64,000 bases of DNA from the NCBI RefSeq assembly GCF_009914755.1, contig NC_060945.1. One strand, given 5' to 3'. The notes under the pieces are model-generated. The model made no database searches and was not told the origin of the DNA. It worked only from the letters and a program-made list of their open reading frames with translations. Of this stretch, positions 27,703 to 43,208 are shown in pieces. A program made the position numbers and the translations under genes. The stretch comes from the human T2T-CHM13v2.0 reference genome, Homo sapiens. The first letter of the stretch is position 1, and the number at the start of each line of letters is the position of its first letter.

Positions 27703-30099
27703 GTGAGCGATTCTGGCATCGAACAGGGATCCCCGACAAGAGTCCTTTATGTAAATGTGCTGACTTGGAAGCAATTCTTGATGGCAACTCAATTACCATT
27801 GAATTGTTTCACTCATTCCTATCACCAGTGATCAAAATCTTCTCAATAAAATGGGTCATGGGGTTGCTGAGAGAATTAAATGACATCATCCATGTGAAAC
27901 TTCAGTGCTTGGCACATGGGAAATGCTTACTGAGTGTGAGTCCTGATAGTCACTAGGAGTAAAAATATGCCGTGAAACCTTGGAGTTGAATTGCAATTTT
28001 TCGACAGTTTAAGCAAAATGAGTAAGGAAGAAATTTCACACATAAGCCGTGTACATTTATTTGTCCATAAAGCTGTCCTCATTTTGAAATAGGAAATGAA
28101 CACCTATCGTTGCGATTTCTTGAAATCCTAATATAATGAGACCAAGGAGCCCCTGTTTCTCGTGGGATTCCTTTGAAAGATGTGTGAGGGCATCCCGCAG
28201 CATGACTCTGCAGTCTAGCTGGAGGGTTGGCAGGTCTTCAGAGAAACCAGGATAGCATGAGAAAGTCAAGAGGATAGATAAACCCCATAAGCTTGAAAAT
28301 GTCTTCAGACTTCACGGTTTGCTTGAAACGGAGTGCTCACACCGCACACGGCTTAATGGGAGGATTAGGTATTTCTGACTGAGAGTCCAAGCCTGCAAGG
28401 CAGAGGCAAATCACAGAAGTGGGCATGAGATTGAATTGCCGGAGACAAGTGGAGGAAGAGCCTGAATCAGAAAAGTGGTCAGGAGAACGGCAGCCTTTCA
28501 AAACAAGATGTCAAGAGACTGAAAAAAAAATGGTACATTGGATTTGAAGTCAGGAGCAGAATGGAATTCCAAAGTTGTGCTGGTGATATGTGAAAGGAGA
28601 GAAAAATTAAGTGTGAGGTCAAAAAAGAATCGATGACAATGAGGTAGAATAGAACAAAATTTGGGAATCGATAGGGAAATACAAGATCACCATGTGGTTG
28701 AAGGAAAGGGGGTTTTGTAGGAATTTGATGGATATGAGACGCTGTTGGAGGACAGGTGAGATTGCTGGGCCATCCTGGAAGCCTCAACTCAGACCTTCAC
28801 TCTGATCTCAACCCAGGTGAAGAGCTGCCAGGATGAGGTACACAGGCAAAATGCCAAGTGATCACAGCTGAATTATTCCAGGAGGGAGAGATTTCAGTTA
28901 CTATTTTTTAATACCTAAAACATGGTCTTAAAACAGGACTCCTGGTAAATAAAGCAGATAAAGGATGCTTCATTAGCTGGCTTTAGCAGAGTGGCCTTTC
29001 AGAAAAGTAAAGTAACAATTTAGAGAACAGAAATATTAAAAGGAAAGATGGCAGTGGACTATTAGGCCAATTCATATTCTGTATAAATAAAATCATCCAA
29101 CCCAGTGTATGTATATGACACATCATGACATGTCTTCATAAATATCTGTGCCGACGTATTTCGCTTTGCATTTGTGAGCAGACTTGGAACCCTTCCCATT
29201 GTCATGTTTTTTATCTTTGCTATGTGTAAATGTTTACCTTATGTATGTGCAATAACTCTTTTAGCCTGTTCAGTTATCATTGAGTGAGACCTTTCTCTGT
29301 GGCAGCAGGTGGGACTGAAATATCACTGAATTTCCTAACTGTGACTGTTTTACTTCTTTTTAACCAAGAGAATCTAAGAACTTAGGCAATTTTGTCCACA
29401 ATTTCTGTTCTCTCATTAAATATCATTAAAGTAGAGGCTACTATGGCAACAGCTGTTAGAGGGTCCACTTAATACTGCAGAATCTAATAACCATTTGTTT
29501 TCTCAGTGAATTACTGTTGGAAATGGTGTAATATTAGGCGTCTCTAGGCAGGGCAACTTTTTTTTCCCTGAATTTCACTGTGAGTTATTTGCTAGATGCT
29601 CTTATATACAGCTTTTGTTCCTTTTTTAAAAATGTACTTGAGCTTTTGGTATTTAAATGTTAGATTTTACCAGCCATGGGAAAATACACTGATATATGTC
29701 CCCTCTTCCATGTGGATTGTTTCGCCATTAAAGTAATTACTTTCCTCAGGGCTGCAATTAACGGCCCAGACAGTGCTCGATAGAACCCTAATAAATGGAA
29801 TAGCTATGCTGCCTTTCTTTTTTTTTTTTAAGTATTTATTTTTCATTATAAAATGTTTAAGTAACAAAAAAACCTTAAGTTACAGAAAATCATATACTAT
29901 GTGTGCATTTATGGACTATCTAGATTTAATATTTTGTCATATTTTCTTTAAAAATTTGTCTTAGAAATAAAAAACCAAGTATAGCTAAAGTTTCACCCCA
30001 CCCCCTCCCCCAGCACTACTCATTATCCTGAGATTAGTGTATATTCTTATCTGAATTACTATACATTTATAATTTTACTAGATGGGCATGTGCACCTTC

Positions 30100-31220
<1,121 letters not shown>

Positions 31221-31229
31221 ATACTTATC

Positions 31230-34200
31230 ACAAAACCTAGGTTGGTTGATTTGTTTGTTTGGTTTATTTTTTTTTATTTTTAAATTTATAGGAATGCTGT
31301 GGTAGTGTGTATCCTTTGTCAACTCGACTTTATTGTTTGACATTACATTTTATAGATTTTCCATATTGATATGAGTCCTAGGTTATTTGTTTTGACTGCA
31401 TACTATCTCACTTTATGAATGTACCCAGATTACCCATTTTTATCTTAATTAACATTTGGATTATTTCTGTATTGGCAATTATAAACCGTACTGCAGTGAA
31501 CGTCTTTGTGTAGGTGAATGAGATCACCTAGGAATGGAATTTCTAAATGATTTATTATGCAACTCTTCAGTGTTATTGGCTACAGTCAAATTTGTCTTTA
31601 AAGTAGCTGAAACATCAGCATTATATGAGAATTTCCATTCCCTAAAAGCATGACTGTATTTGTTTTGTCTTTGTGTTTTGCTAATCCATGTATGTGCAAT
31701 AGTGTCACATTTTAGTCGATTACTTTCAAGATCATACAACTTTGGATATGTTTTTGGGATGTTTGAGCTTCTTCTCTGAGGGTGAATTTTTCTACTAATA
31801 TAGTGTGCACATTTTTCTACCCATACTTTTTACTGATAGACATGAGTTCCTTATATTTCTGAGGTATTAGTTTTTCTGAGTTATACTATCTAGTCTCCCT
31901 GACTTTTTACTTTGTTTTGGTGCCTTATATTTATATATATCTTTAATTTAGTGAAATCAAATTTACCAGTATTTCTCTCATGAACTATGCCCTGTGCCTT
32001 ATTTAAGAAATACTTCTTTAATCCAAGAAAATAGGGATTTTTTTCTTCTAAAGATACTGTATACTTTTTTCTTATTTTCTTCCAAAATGTGAATTAGGAA
32101 ATTAATTTATATAAGGACGTTCCATTTTCTCAGCATCCATATTGAATATATAATGTTTTCCCCTCTGATTTTTCCAATTTTTTTATTTAAAAAATTTATA
32201 TACAGAAAAGACTAAAAATAATACCATGCTGTTCTGCATGTCAACCATCTAGATTTAGTAACTTTTAACATTTTGCCATATACCAGTATGTGTATATAGG
32301 TGAGTATGTAGTTTTTGCTGAGCCATTTGCAAATAAGTTGCAGATATCATGACTTTCACCCCTAAATATTTCATTATGCATTCTAAAAGTAAGGACATTC
32401 TCCTATATAACCACAATACCATAATCACACCTAAAAAATTAATAATATTTGCTAAATATCATGACTATGTAGACCACATGCATATTTCCCCAGGTGTCCC
32501 CAGAATGTTTTCATTAGCTGTTTTGCTTTTTATTTTGTTTTGGAAGGCCAGTTCTCTTGTAGAATGTATCATATTCAGTTTTATCTATTCCCTAATGATA
32601 TACCGCATTGATTTTGCATCATATTTCCTTGAACTTAAGTCTAGAGGCTTAATTAGACTTGAGTTAAATGTTTTTTTGCAAGGTATCTAATGAATTTTAA
32701 TAGCATCTTTGTCATGTACCAAGTCCCCATTTATGCCTGAGCCTACTTCTGAGCATTCTGTTCCATTCCACTGGTCAAGTTGTCTATCCCTCGGCTAAGC
32801 TATATAGTTTTATTTATTTTTTTTTAGTTATAGGACAATATCTGGCAGGGACTTGACCCTTCTTATTCTTCCTCAGAGTTCTCTTGGCTACTTTTGCCCT
32901 TTTATTCAACTTGTCGAGATCCCTGAAAAACCCTGTTGGGATTTCTATTAGAACTGCATTGAACTTACAGAATTAACTTGAGAAGAAACCAAATCTTTAC
33001 CATATCAAGTTTCCCCTATGAATGTACCAGATCTTTTCATTTATTTAGGTCTTCTTTTATGTCCTACTCCAGTATTTTGTAATTTTGTCCAAAAAGATTC
33101 ACACATAGACTTATTCCTATGTACCTCTTAGTTCTTACCACAAATGAGATTATTTTACATTGCATTTCTTGTGAGTTGTTGGGAATATGGGTATGCAATT
33201 TTTATATATTATATATTAATCTTCTATCCAGCCACATTGCTAAGTTCTCCTTTCTAGAAATGGTTTTTAGAGTCGTTTGAATTTTCTATTAAAACAGCCA
33301 TATAATCTGCAAATCATATATTTTAAATCACTTGTAGTTGTTATATCTTTTATTTATATTTTTTGTGATGCCCTCTGAGACAATATTGAATACAAATGGT
33401 GATAATGGACTTTTTTGTCTTTTTTCTTACTTTAAAGAAAATATTTCTCATTTCGTACCATGGAGCATTATGCATAGGATAGGTTTGTGGAATTTCCTTC
33501 TCAGTCCTAAATTTAGGGATTTCCAGTTTCTGAAAAGTATTCAGTATGAATGGAAAAGCTTTTTGACAATTTCCACATTAAACATATGCCTACTCTATAA
33601 TCAACATTCAACATTAAGCATATGCCTACTCTAGAATCCAGCAGTTGTCACTCTTAGGTGTATGCAAAGGAGAAATGAGTATGTAAGTGTGCTGAGACTT
33701 AACCAGAAGGTTCATAACAGCTTTACACATAAAATAACTTAAGTAATACATACTTTAGTAGTTACATAAATACATAAAACCATCACTTTTATCAAAATAG
33801 AAACATCCCAAAAGTCAACCAAAGGAAAACAGATGAACAATTGTTGACTTGCCATTCAGTGGAACACTGCCAGCAATTTTCTTTCTGCTGAAGAGTGTGC
33901 TTTTGGATGTCTTTTATAAAAGACTGTGAAAGGTAAATTTTATTTTGCCTCAATTCCGAATCACAATTTAGCTATACATGGAATTCTAGATTGCCTGTGT
34001 TCCCTTAGTGTTTTGAAGATTCAGTTTCATTGTCCTCTGGCTGTGATGATTGCTGAAGAAAAGACCCTAGTTGGTCTTAACTGTTGTACCTTTAAGGGTA
34101 ATCTGTTGCTTCTCCTTAGTTACCAGTAAGACTGCTTTTATTTTAAATTTCCAGTGTTCTGAATAGTGTTCTGAAGTTTCACCATGATGTGTCTAGGTAT

Positions 34201-34670
34201 AGGGTATTTTCCCATCGTGCTATACCCTTTACACTCTCTGAATCTGACAACTCATGACTTTTGTCATCAATCTTAGAGAATTCCTAGCTGTTAACTCTTC
34301 CACTATTGCCTCATGCACATTCTTTCTAGTCTCTTCTTCTGGATCTCTCATTTCAAGTAATGAGATTTCTCATTATTTATTTCAGGTCCCTTGACCCTTC
34401 ATTTATGTTTTCCTTTCTATCTTTGCTGCATTCTGTGTAATTTCTTCAGATACATTTTATATTGGCCTAATTCTCTGTTCAGCTATGTTCAATCTACTAT
34501 TTAACATATTCATTGAGTCTTTTAAAATACTTTTACTTTTTATTATTTTTATTGTTTTTGGATTCTTTAATTGTCTTTGGTTTGGGGGTCTTTTTTTTTT
34601 CTTTTGAGTTTTTCATTTCGATGACTATATTTTTCATTTCTAGAAATTGTATCTCATACTTTTCCAAATA
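31230..34670 (-). mobile_element. Patchwork of ancient L1M (L1MC/L1ME) fragments, mostly antisense
   Basis: T-rich degraded L1 ORF2/3'-end motifs; boundaries approximate. Confidence 0.6.
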
Positions 34671-34676
34671 TACCAT

Positions 34677-35375
34677 AGCCGGGCACAGTGGCTCATACCT
34701 GTAATCCCAGAACTTTAGGAGGCCAAGGCAGGAGGATCGCTTGAGTCCAGAAGTTCAAGACCAGCCTGGGCAACTGTGTTAGTTCATTCCCATGCTGCTA
34801 TAAAGACATACTGGGACTGGGTAATTGATTAAGAAAAGAGGTTTAATTGGCTCATGGTTCTGCAGGTTATACAGACTTCTGCTTCTCGGGAGGCCTCAGG
34901 AAACTTACAATTGTGGTAGAAGAAGAAAGGGAAGCAGGCACAGTCTTCACGTGGCCAGAGCAAGGGAGAGAGAGAGAGAGGGGAAGGTGCTCCACACTTT
35001 CAGACAACCATATCTTGTGAGAACTCTATCATGAGACAATACTGGGGGGTGGTAGTAAACCATTAGAAACCACCCCCATGATCCAGTCACCTCCCACCAG
35101 GCCCCATCTCCAACACTTGGGATCCCAATTCAACATGAGATTTGGATGGGGACACAGTGCCAAACCATATCAACAACAAAGTAATACCCTGTCCACAAAA
35201 AATCAAAAGGTTAGCCAAGCATGGTGGAGCATACCTATGGTTCCAGCTACACAAGAGGCTGAGGCAGGAAGATCACTTGAGGCCAGGAGGTCAAGGCTGC
35301 AGAGAGCCATGATCATGTCACTGCACTCCAGCCTGGGAGACAGAGCAAGACTCTGACTCTAAATAAATAAATAAA
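34677..35375 (+). mobile_element. AluJ split by an MSTA LTR
   Basis: Left arm to ...cctgggcaac (34774), resumes at ~35178. Confidence 0.85.
34775..35172 (-). mobile_element. MSTA MaLR solo LTR
   Basis: tgtgttagtt...caaaccatatca; TSD gcaac/acaac. Confidence 0.85.
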
Positions 35376-37319
35376 TATGCCAGTTAACTTTTCTATAGTG
35401 TTGTGTAAAATTTTATTGTGACTTGGATTTTCTTTATCTTCTTTTTAGTTTTTATTTAATTTAAAAGGCTAGGTAATATTTAGAAGGTACGATATAGCAC
35501 ATAGTCCCACTCCCTCAGAGGTAATCATACTAATGCCTAAAGTCCTTCCTTTTTTTTTTTTTTTCAAGCCTCATAGTTTATTATATGGGTGCACCTAATT
35601 TATTTAACCAGTTCATTATTGATAGGCATTTAGGTTGTTTTAAGTCTTTTGTTGTTACAAATAATACTGCATTGAACATCATTTATATATATCATTTGCA
35701 TATATGAAAGTATACATCTAGGTTAAATTATTAGAATTGCTGAGTTAAAAGGTATACATATTTGTAATTTTAATGAATATCACTTCGTTACCTTCCATAG
35801 AGCTTATATTCATCGATACCTGGCCATACCATCTCTTGTAATGTAGATGATAACCTACTTGGAAATTTTGGTCATCTGACAGGTGAAAAATGATGATCTC
35901 GGTGTAGTTTTAATTTGTGTCACTTTCTATGAGTGAGATTGAGTTTCTTTTCAATGACTAAGGTCACTGTTTGTCCTTTTCTATGAACTACCCACTCATA
36001 TCTTTGCCCATTGTTTTCTGTTGGATTCTTTTTTTGTATTAATTTGTAGGAACTCTTTATGTAATGGAGTAATTAACCATATGCTTGGAGGAAAAAGAAC
36101 CTATAATTTCTGTCTCAATTGTACATTTTTAAAACTTTGCTTATGACATGTTTTAGTGTAAAAAATGTTTACTTTGTATATTTAAATAGTTTGATATTTT
36201 GCTTTAAGGGTCTTGGGACTACTGTTACCTTTTAAATGGCTTTCCTCACTAAAAGTGTTTTGTGACTTATTCAAGTACTTTCATGTTTGATTTAACTTGG
36301 CATAGAATGTGTGGATTAAACTTCTTTCCTCTAGGATAACTACCCCCATTGTTATAACATTTATCAAATAACTTACTTTTTTTTACTTTAAATCCTAAAA
36401 TTACTGCATACCAAATTCTAGTAAATATTTGGGAGATGTATATCTGTTTCTGGATTTTCTGTACTATTCCATTGATATATCTTATAGTATTAGTTCCTTT
36501 TCATTATTCTTTTTTCAGAATTTCCAACTCTTCTTTCTTAATTTTTCTTTTCTTTTATGAACTTTTGAGCCAGCTTGTTTAGTTTTAAAAAAATTGTACT
36601 TTAATGGGTTTTTAGTCACTTTAAACACAGCTATGGTATAATCTTGTGCACGTTGTTCTATTTTTCCATCACCGATGGGGAGTTCATCTTGTTTTTGTGT
36701 CTGCTGGCTGCTCTCTCATAGTAGACTTTTTTCTCGTTTGCTTTGCAATTTTTTGTTGTGAGCTTATATTTAGAGGGAGCACATTTTTTCTTCCAAGAGA
36801 GTGCAGTGTGCCTTGGGCTGTAAAGTGTTGCTGTAAAGCAATTTTGCATATGTTTCTGCTGAGTGTCCGCAGACCATGAGAATCTTGGGATTTGCATACC
36901 AGGTTGTGCGAATTTAGATGCCAGCCACGTTTGAGGTGGAGGTTTAGGGGCTCCATTTCTCATGGGAGAGTTTCTTGCCCTCCTCCCCCAACCTCTTAGC
37001 CCCTGAGCTGAGCCAGGCTTCTGTTGGCAGAATTTCCCGGCTCCTTTCACCAATGGGCAAGGTTTGCACAGGCATCTTGACCCCAGTGCCTACTTCCTTG
37101 GTGCCCAGGGTCAAGTCTCTCACCCCTCCTGGTCATGGGAACCCCAGCCTTAGGGCCCATTTCTGGTTGAGGAATGTCTCTTACTTCTGGACTCAGCTAT
37201 AGAGTTAAAAAGTTATATTTTATCCTCATTCCTCTTTGTTGCAGCAGGAAGAGGTTCTACCTTCACACCAGTCACTGTTTGAGGACCCCACATCTTTGGA
37301 AGCTGCCCTTCTCTCACAG

Positions 37320-37323
<4 letters not shown>

Positions 37324-37354
<31 letters not shown>
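37324..37354. repeat. (TG)n microsatellite
   Basis: Directly visible. Confidence 0.95.
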
Positions 37355-37355
<1 letters not shown>

Positions 37356-38459
37356 CATGGTCATTTGTGTTTGTCCGATGACACTTAGCCTAAGGGTTGG
37401 GGTGGGGGGAGCAGTGAGTGGGAGCTCCTTGATTAGAATCTCCTGGGACACTTTTTCAAAATACACCTGGTCAACATCCTCACGCCCTTTTCCAGCGAAG
37501 GCACAGCAGGATGGCGGTGGGTGGGAAGGTGATGGGTATTTTGGAAAAAGTTCCCCAGATGCTTCTCTTATGCTTCCCCTGCCTCTCCTCAGCCCACTCC
37601 CACCCCTGCTGAGAATCATTACTGCAGTCAGATTGGCTGGAGGTCAGGGTGTGTTATGGCTCGGGCCAGCGTCTCATATCTGACATGGATACTAGGGACT
37701 GGAGCACTTTCAACCACCTCTGTGTTGCTGGGCCAAGTGTCCTACGGCTACGAAAATAATAGAGTGTTAAAATTGACAACTCTCTGTTATTTTAGTGTAT
37801 CCAAAGCTTATGAAATACCACCCATCTCTTTTTATAGATTGAGACATTTAGCACCCAAGAGCTGTATAGATCTCAGCTTGTACAACTTGAGGCACATGAT
37901 GGATTATGGCAGCCATTTGACTGTGAATTTTTCTTGCTGCAGGTTGAAAGTGGATCATCTGGTACATGCTCATGTTTAAAAATAGCAGAGTTAGCTGTTA
38001 AGAGAAGAGTTTCAGAGATACTCCTCTGCCATCTACTTAGACTACAATCAAAAGATACCAAAGCCAGGGGACCCCAAAGGTGTAGATCAGGCTGCTCTGT
38101 TTCCTCATTTTACAGAAGAGAACACTGAGGGCCCCAGATTTTCCGTAGCTTTCACATGGTTGCAGAAAAAAAATCTGGCTCTGGGTCCAGAACCCCTATC
38201 CTGAAACTCCAGAATGTTTTTCTAAGTAAACCATGCCTACTCAGAAAGCATCTCAGTACCAGATAATCAGTGTGGCGGGACAGTTCTCATTATTTTGTAT
38301 GCTATAGGGAAAAAGACCTGACCATTATAATTTTTATCCTTGGTAAAATTACAGATCTTCCACAGGCACTCATTATCAACCAGATCCTGACCTTTCAGAG
38401 AAAATACACAATTAAAATTGTAACTCGAGACATTGATGAAAGAGTTAAAAGTAACAGTT

Positions 38460-38700
38460 TAGTAACATCGGACACTTACGTAGCACCGATCTTAGCCCAG
38501 GACTGTACTAAGTGCTTAACATCTATTAACTTGATTGTTCTTACAAGACTGACTGGTAGGGGCTGTTATTACCTTCATTTTATAGATGACAAAACTGGGG
38601 GGCAAAGAAGTTAAGTAACTTGGCCCAGATCACACAGCTTGTATGTGGGAGCTAGGATTGGAACCCCAGAAGTCTGGCCCCAGGTTCATGCTCTCACCCA
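38460..38700 (-). mobile_element. MIR
   Basis: cattttatagatgacaaaactg...gttaagtaacttggcccagatcacacagct. Confidence 0.78.
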
Positions 38701-38999
38701 CTGCATACAATGGCCTCTCATAAATCAATCCAGTATAAAACATTAGAATCTGCTTTAAAACCATAGAATTAGTAGCGTAAGTAATAAATGCAGAGACCAT
38801 GCAGTGAATGGCATTCCTGGAAAAAGCCCCCAGAAGGAATTTTAAATCAGCTTTCGTCTAATCTTGAGCAGCTAGTTAGCAAATATGAGAATACAGTTGT
38901 TCCCAGATAATGCTTTATGTCTGACCATCTTAAACTGGCGCTGTTTTTCAAAAACTTAAAAACAAAATCCATGACTCTTTTAATTATAAAAGTGATACA

Positions 39000-39133
39000 T
39001 GTCTACTTGGGAGGCTGAGGTGGTGGGAGGATGGCTTGAGTTTGAGGCTGCAGTATGCTACTATCATGCCTATAAATAGCCGCTGCATTCCAGCTTGGGC
39101 AACATACCCAGGCCCTATCTCAAAAAAATAAAA
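39000..39133 (+). mobile_element. 5'-truncated Alu right monomer (J/FRAM-like)
   Basis: ctacttgggaggctgagg...tctcaaaaaaa; flanks aaaagt(g/a)atacat. Confidence 0.8.
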
Positions 39134-39301
39134 AGTAATACATCTACATTGAAGAAAATTAATTTTATTGGGTTTTTTTGCATTTTTATTATACACAGCA
39201 CACACAGCACATATGAAAAAATGGGTATGAACTCAGGCATTCAACTGGAAGAACAGTACTAAATCAATGTCCATGTAGTCAGCGTGACTGAGGTTGGTTT
39301 G

Positions 39302-39626
<325 letters not shown>

Positions 39627-39704
39627 TCGGTTTTTCTTTTCTAATCTCAATGAGATTATAACAGATGTGCTATTCTTTGACATGCTTTGACTATCTTATT
39701 CTTT

Positions 39705-42700
39705 TGACTTTTTGAAACAGCTTTGTTGGGATATAATTGGTGTAAAATAAACAGTTCATGTTGAAAGGATACAGTTTGATAAGTGTTATATGTGTGCGCA
39801 CCTTGAAACCATCACCACAAACAAGGTAGTGATCATATGCACTGAGCCGTTTTCCCTGCCTCCCAGGTCCTGTGGACCCCATGCCATTCCCAGGAAACCA
39901 CTGACGTGCCTTCTGTCACTGTAGACTAGTTTGTATTTGTTAGAATTTTATATAAATGAAATCATACAGTATGTATTCCATTTTGTCTGACTGCTTTCAC
40001 ACAATAAAATTATTTTGAGGTTCATCTATAATGTTTCATGTTCAAAAGTTCATTTTTATTGCAGATCAATTAGGCATTATAGTTTCTTTATCCCCATACA
40101 CCTGTTGATGAACTTTTGGATTGTTGCCAAGTTTTGGGTTTTTTGGCAATTATAAATAAAGCTGCTATCAACAATAGCATGCAAGTCCTTGGACATATAT
40201 TTTGTTTTTTATTTCTCCTGGATAAACACCTAGGAGTAGAATCGTTGAGTTACATAACATGTATGTTTTACTACTTAAAAAGCTGCCAAACTCATTTTCA
40301 AAGTTGGCTTTATCATGTCACATTCCTGCCAACAGTGTATGAAAGTTCCAGTTGTTAAACATCCTCACCAACATTTGGTATGGTCAGTATTTTCATTTTA
40401 ATAGGTATTAATATTTAGCGGTCTCATTGTGGCTTTAATTTGCATTTCCCTAATGACTAATAATCCTGAATATCTTTTCATGTGCTTTTTTGCCATTCAT
40501 GCATCTTTTTAAATGAAATGTCTTTTCAAATGTTCTTGCCCGTTTTTGTATAGGGTTGTTTGTTTTCTCATTGAGTCCTCAGAGTTATTTATATATGAAG
40601 AATACAAGTCCTTTATCAGAAATTTGGCTTTCAAATATTTTTGCCAAGTCTTTTTAGTCTGTTAATATTTTCTATTAAAGAGGAGCAGTTCTTACTTAAT
40701 TTTGATAAAATCCATTTTTTTTCCTTTTACAAATTGTGCTTTTGGGTACTATAGCTAAGAAATTTTTCGCCTAACCCCAGGACACAAAGATTTTATATAT
40801 ATATAATGGAGATGGGGTCTTGCTCTGTCACCAGACTAGAGTACAGTAGCGTGAGCATAGTTCATTGCAGCCTCCATCTCCTGGCCTCAAGTGATCCTCC
40901 TACCACCGTCGCCTAAAGTGCTGGGATTATAGGCATGAGCCACCACCACACCTGGCCACAAATGTGTTATTTAGTTTCCAAATAATTAGGGATTTTTCCA
41001 GAAGCTTTCTGTTATTCTAATATAACCTCAGTGTGGGCAGGGAATATAGTTTTTATGAATTGAATCTTTTGAAATTTATTGAAACTTGTTTCATTGTCCA
41101 GAATATAGTCTATCACAGTAAATATTTCTTGTGCTCTTGAAAACAATGTATATTCTGCTATTATGGGTGGATTAGTTTATAATAGTTAGATCAAGTTAGT
41201 TAATAGTGTTGTTTAGGTATTCTATATCATAACTTATTTTCTGTCTACTTGCTCTATTATTGAGAAACGGGTATTGGAATCTCTGACTATATTTGTGGAT
41301 TTGTCTATTTCTCTTTGCATTTTCATCAATCTTGTTTTATGTATTTTGAAACACTGTTATTAGGTAAAAAAACATTAGGATTTTTATGTCCTATTTATGA
41401 AGGAAACAGTTTATCATTATGAAACTACTATATTTACTTCTAGTAATTTTTTTGATCTGTATCTATTCTGTCTAATAATATAGCCACTCTGGATTTCTTT
41501 TGATAAGCATTAATATGATAGTTTTTTTCCATCTGTTTAGTTTTAACATTTTGAGTCTTAACATTAAAAGTGAGTTTCCTGTAGGGAGAATATACTTGGA
41601 TCTTGCTTTTTATCTAATTTAGCAGTCTCTGTTTTTTAGTTGTGATGTTTAGGCCAGAGATCCACAAACAACAGTCTATAGGCTGAATCCAGCATGTGGC
41701 TTGTTTCTGTATGGCCTGTGAGGTAAGAATAGTTTTTACATTTTTAAAGGGTTGAAAAAATCAGAAAGAAGCTAACCTAAAAAGCTTAACATATTTACTA
41801 TCTGGCCCTTTACGGAAAAAGTTTGCCAAATGCTGGTTTAGACTATTTATATTTAATGTATGATTGATATGTCTGTGTTTAACCAGTAACACAACAAAGA
41901 AAACTATTTTTCTTTTTGTCTCATTTGTTACATTTTTTCCCTTTTTTCCTTTTTTGCTGCCTTCTTTTGGATTATTTTCTATTTCTTTATATCTCCTTGG
42001 CTAGTTTATTAGCTATAACTCTATATCGTGAAATTTTAGTGGTTGCTTTAGAATACGTAGTGTAAATTTTTTAACTGACCACAGTCTACCACTTCATATA
42101 GTCTAAGAGCCTTCCAACAATAGACTTCCATTTCTTGCCTTCGGTCCTTTGTGCTATTGTCATCCATTTTACCTGTGCCTATATTATAAGCCACCCAGCA
42201 CATTGTTATAATTTTTGCTTTAATTGATTATCTTTGTAAATATTTAAAATTAAAAGTAAAGATTTTATAACTACTATATACTTCCCGCTTCTGGTGTTCA
42301 TCATTCTTTTGTGTAGATTCAAGTTTCCTTCTGATGTCCTTTTTCTTCTGCTTGAAGAACTTTCTGTAGTGAAAATCTGTGATGTGTTCTCTCAGCTTGT
42401 GTATGACTGAAAACATTTTTATTTCTTCTTCATTTTTAAGATATTTTTGCTGGGTATAGAGTTCTCGGTTGACAGGGCTTCTTCTACCCCCAGTACTTTA
42501 AAGATGTTACTCTATTGTCTTCTAGTTTGCATTGCTTCCAACATGAAATCATCTGTAATCCTTATTATTATTCATTTGTACATAATATTTCTTTTTTCTC
42601 TCTCCTTGCTTTTAGGAAATTTTCTCTTTATCACTGGTTTTCAGCAGTGCGCTATTATAATCTATGTCATGTTTCTTGTGTTTGGGGTCCTTTGGGCTTC

Positions 42701-43200
42701 TTGGGTCTGTGGGTTTATAGTTTCATAAAATTTGGAAAATTTTTGGTTTTTTCAAATATTTTTTGCCTCACAATCCCTTCTTCCTTTTGAGTACTCTGAT
42801 TACATGATTTAGCAGCTTGATATTGTCCACAGTTTACTGATGTTCTCTCTCTCTCTTTTTTTTCAGTTTTTTCTCTGTGCTTCATTTCTATTGTTTTGGT
42901 TTTTTTTAAATTCATTAGTCTGTTTTTCTGCAGTGTATAATCTGCTCTTACAACCATCCCGTATATTTTTCATCTCACATATTATAATTTTTATCACTAA
43001 AAATTTGATTTAGATCTTTAATGTCTTCCGTGTCTCTATTTAACATGTTTAACATTTTCTCTGGCATCCTGAGTAGAATACAGTTATAATAAATATCTTG
43101 ATATCCTGCCTGCTAATTCTATCATCTGTGCCATTTCTTACTAAGTTCCAATTGATTGATTTTGCTCCCTATTATGAACTGTGTTTTCCTGCTTCTTTGC
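39705..43200 (-). mobile_element. Antisense L1M fragments containing an Alu monomer (40808-40957) and a MER58-type element (41655-41836)
   Basis: Degraded L1 3' end and ORF2 motifs; MER58 atatttactatctggccctttac...aaagtttgcc. Confidence 0.65.
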
Positions 43201-43208
43201 ATAATTAG

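Noticed and set aside
27417-27956. 179-aa ORF, longest in the track
   Set aside because: BACE2 exon 8 plus chance open intronic flanks (partly MIR-like); strong splice sites delimit the real exon
33575-33635. Short direct repeat catatgcctactcta
   Set aside because: Small local duplication within a degraded L1 fragment; no functional hint
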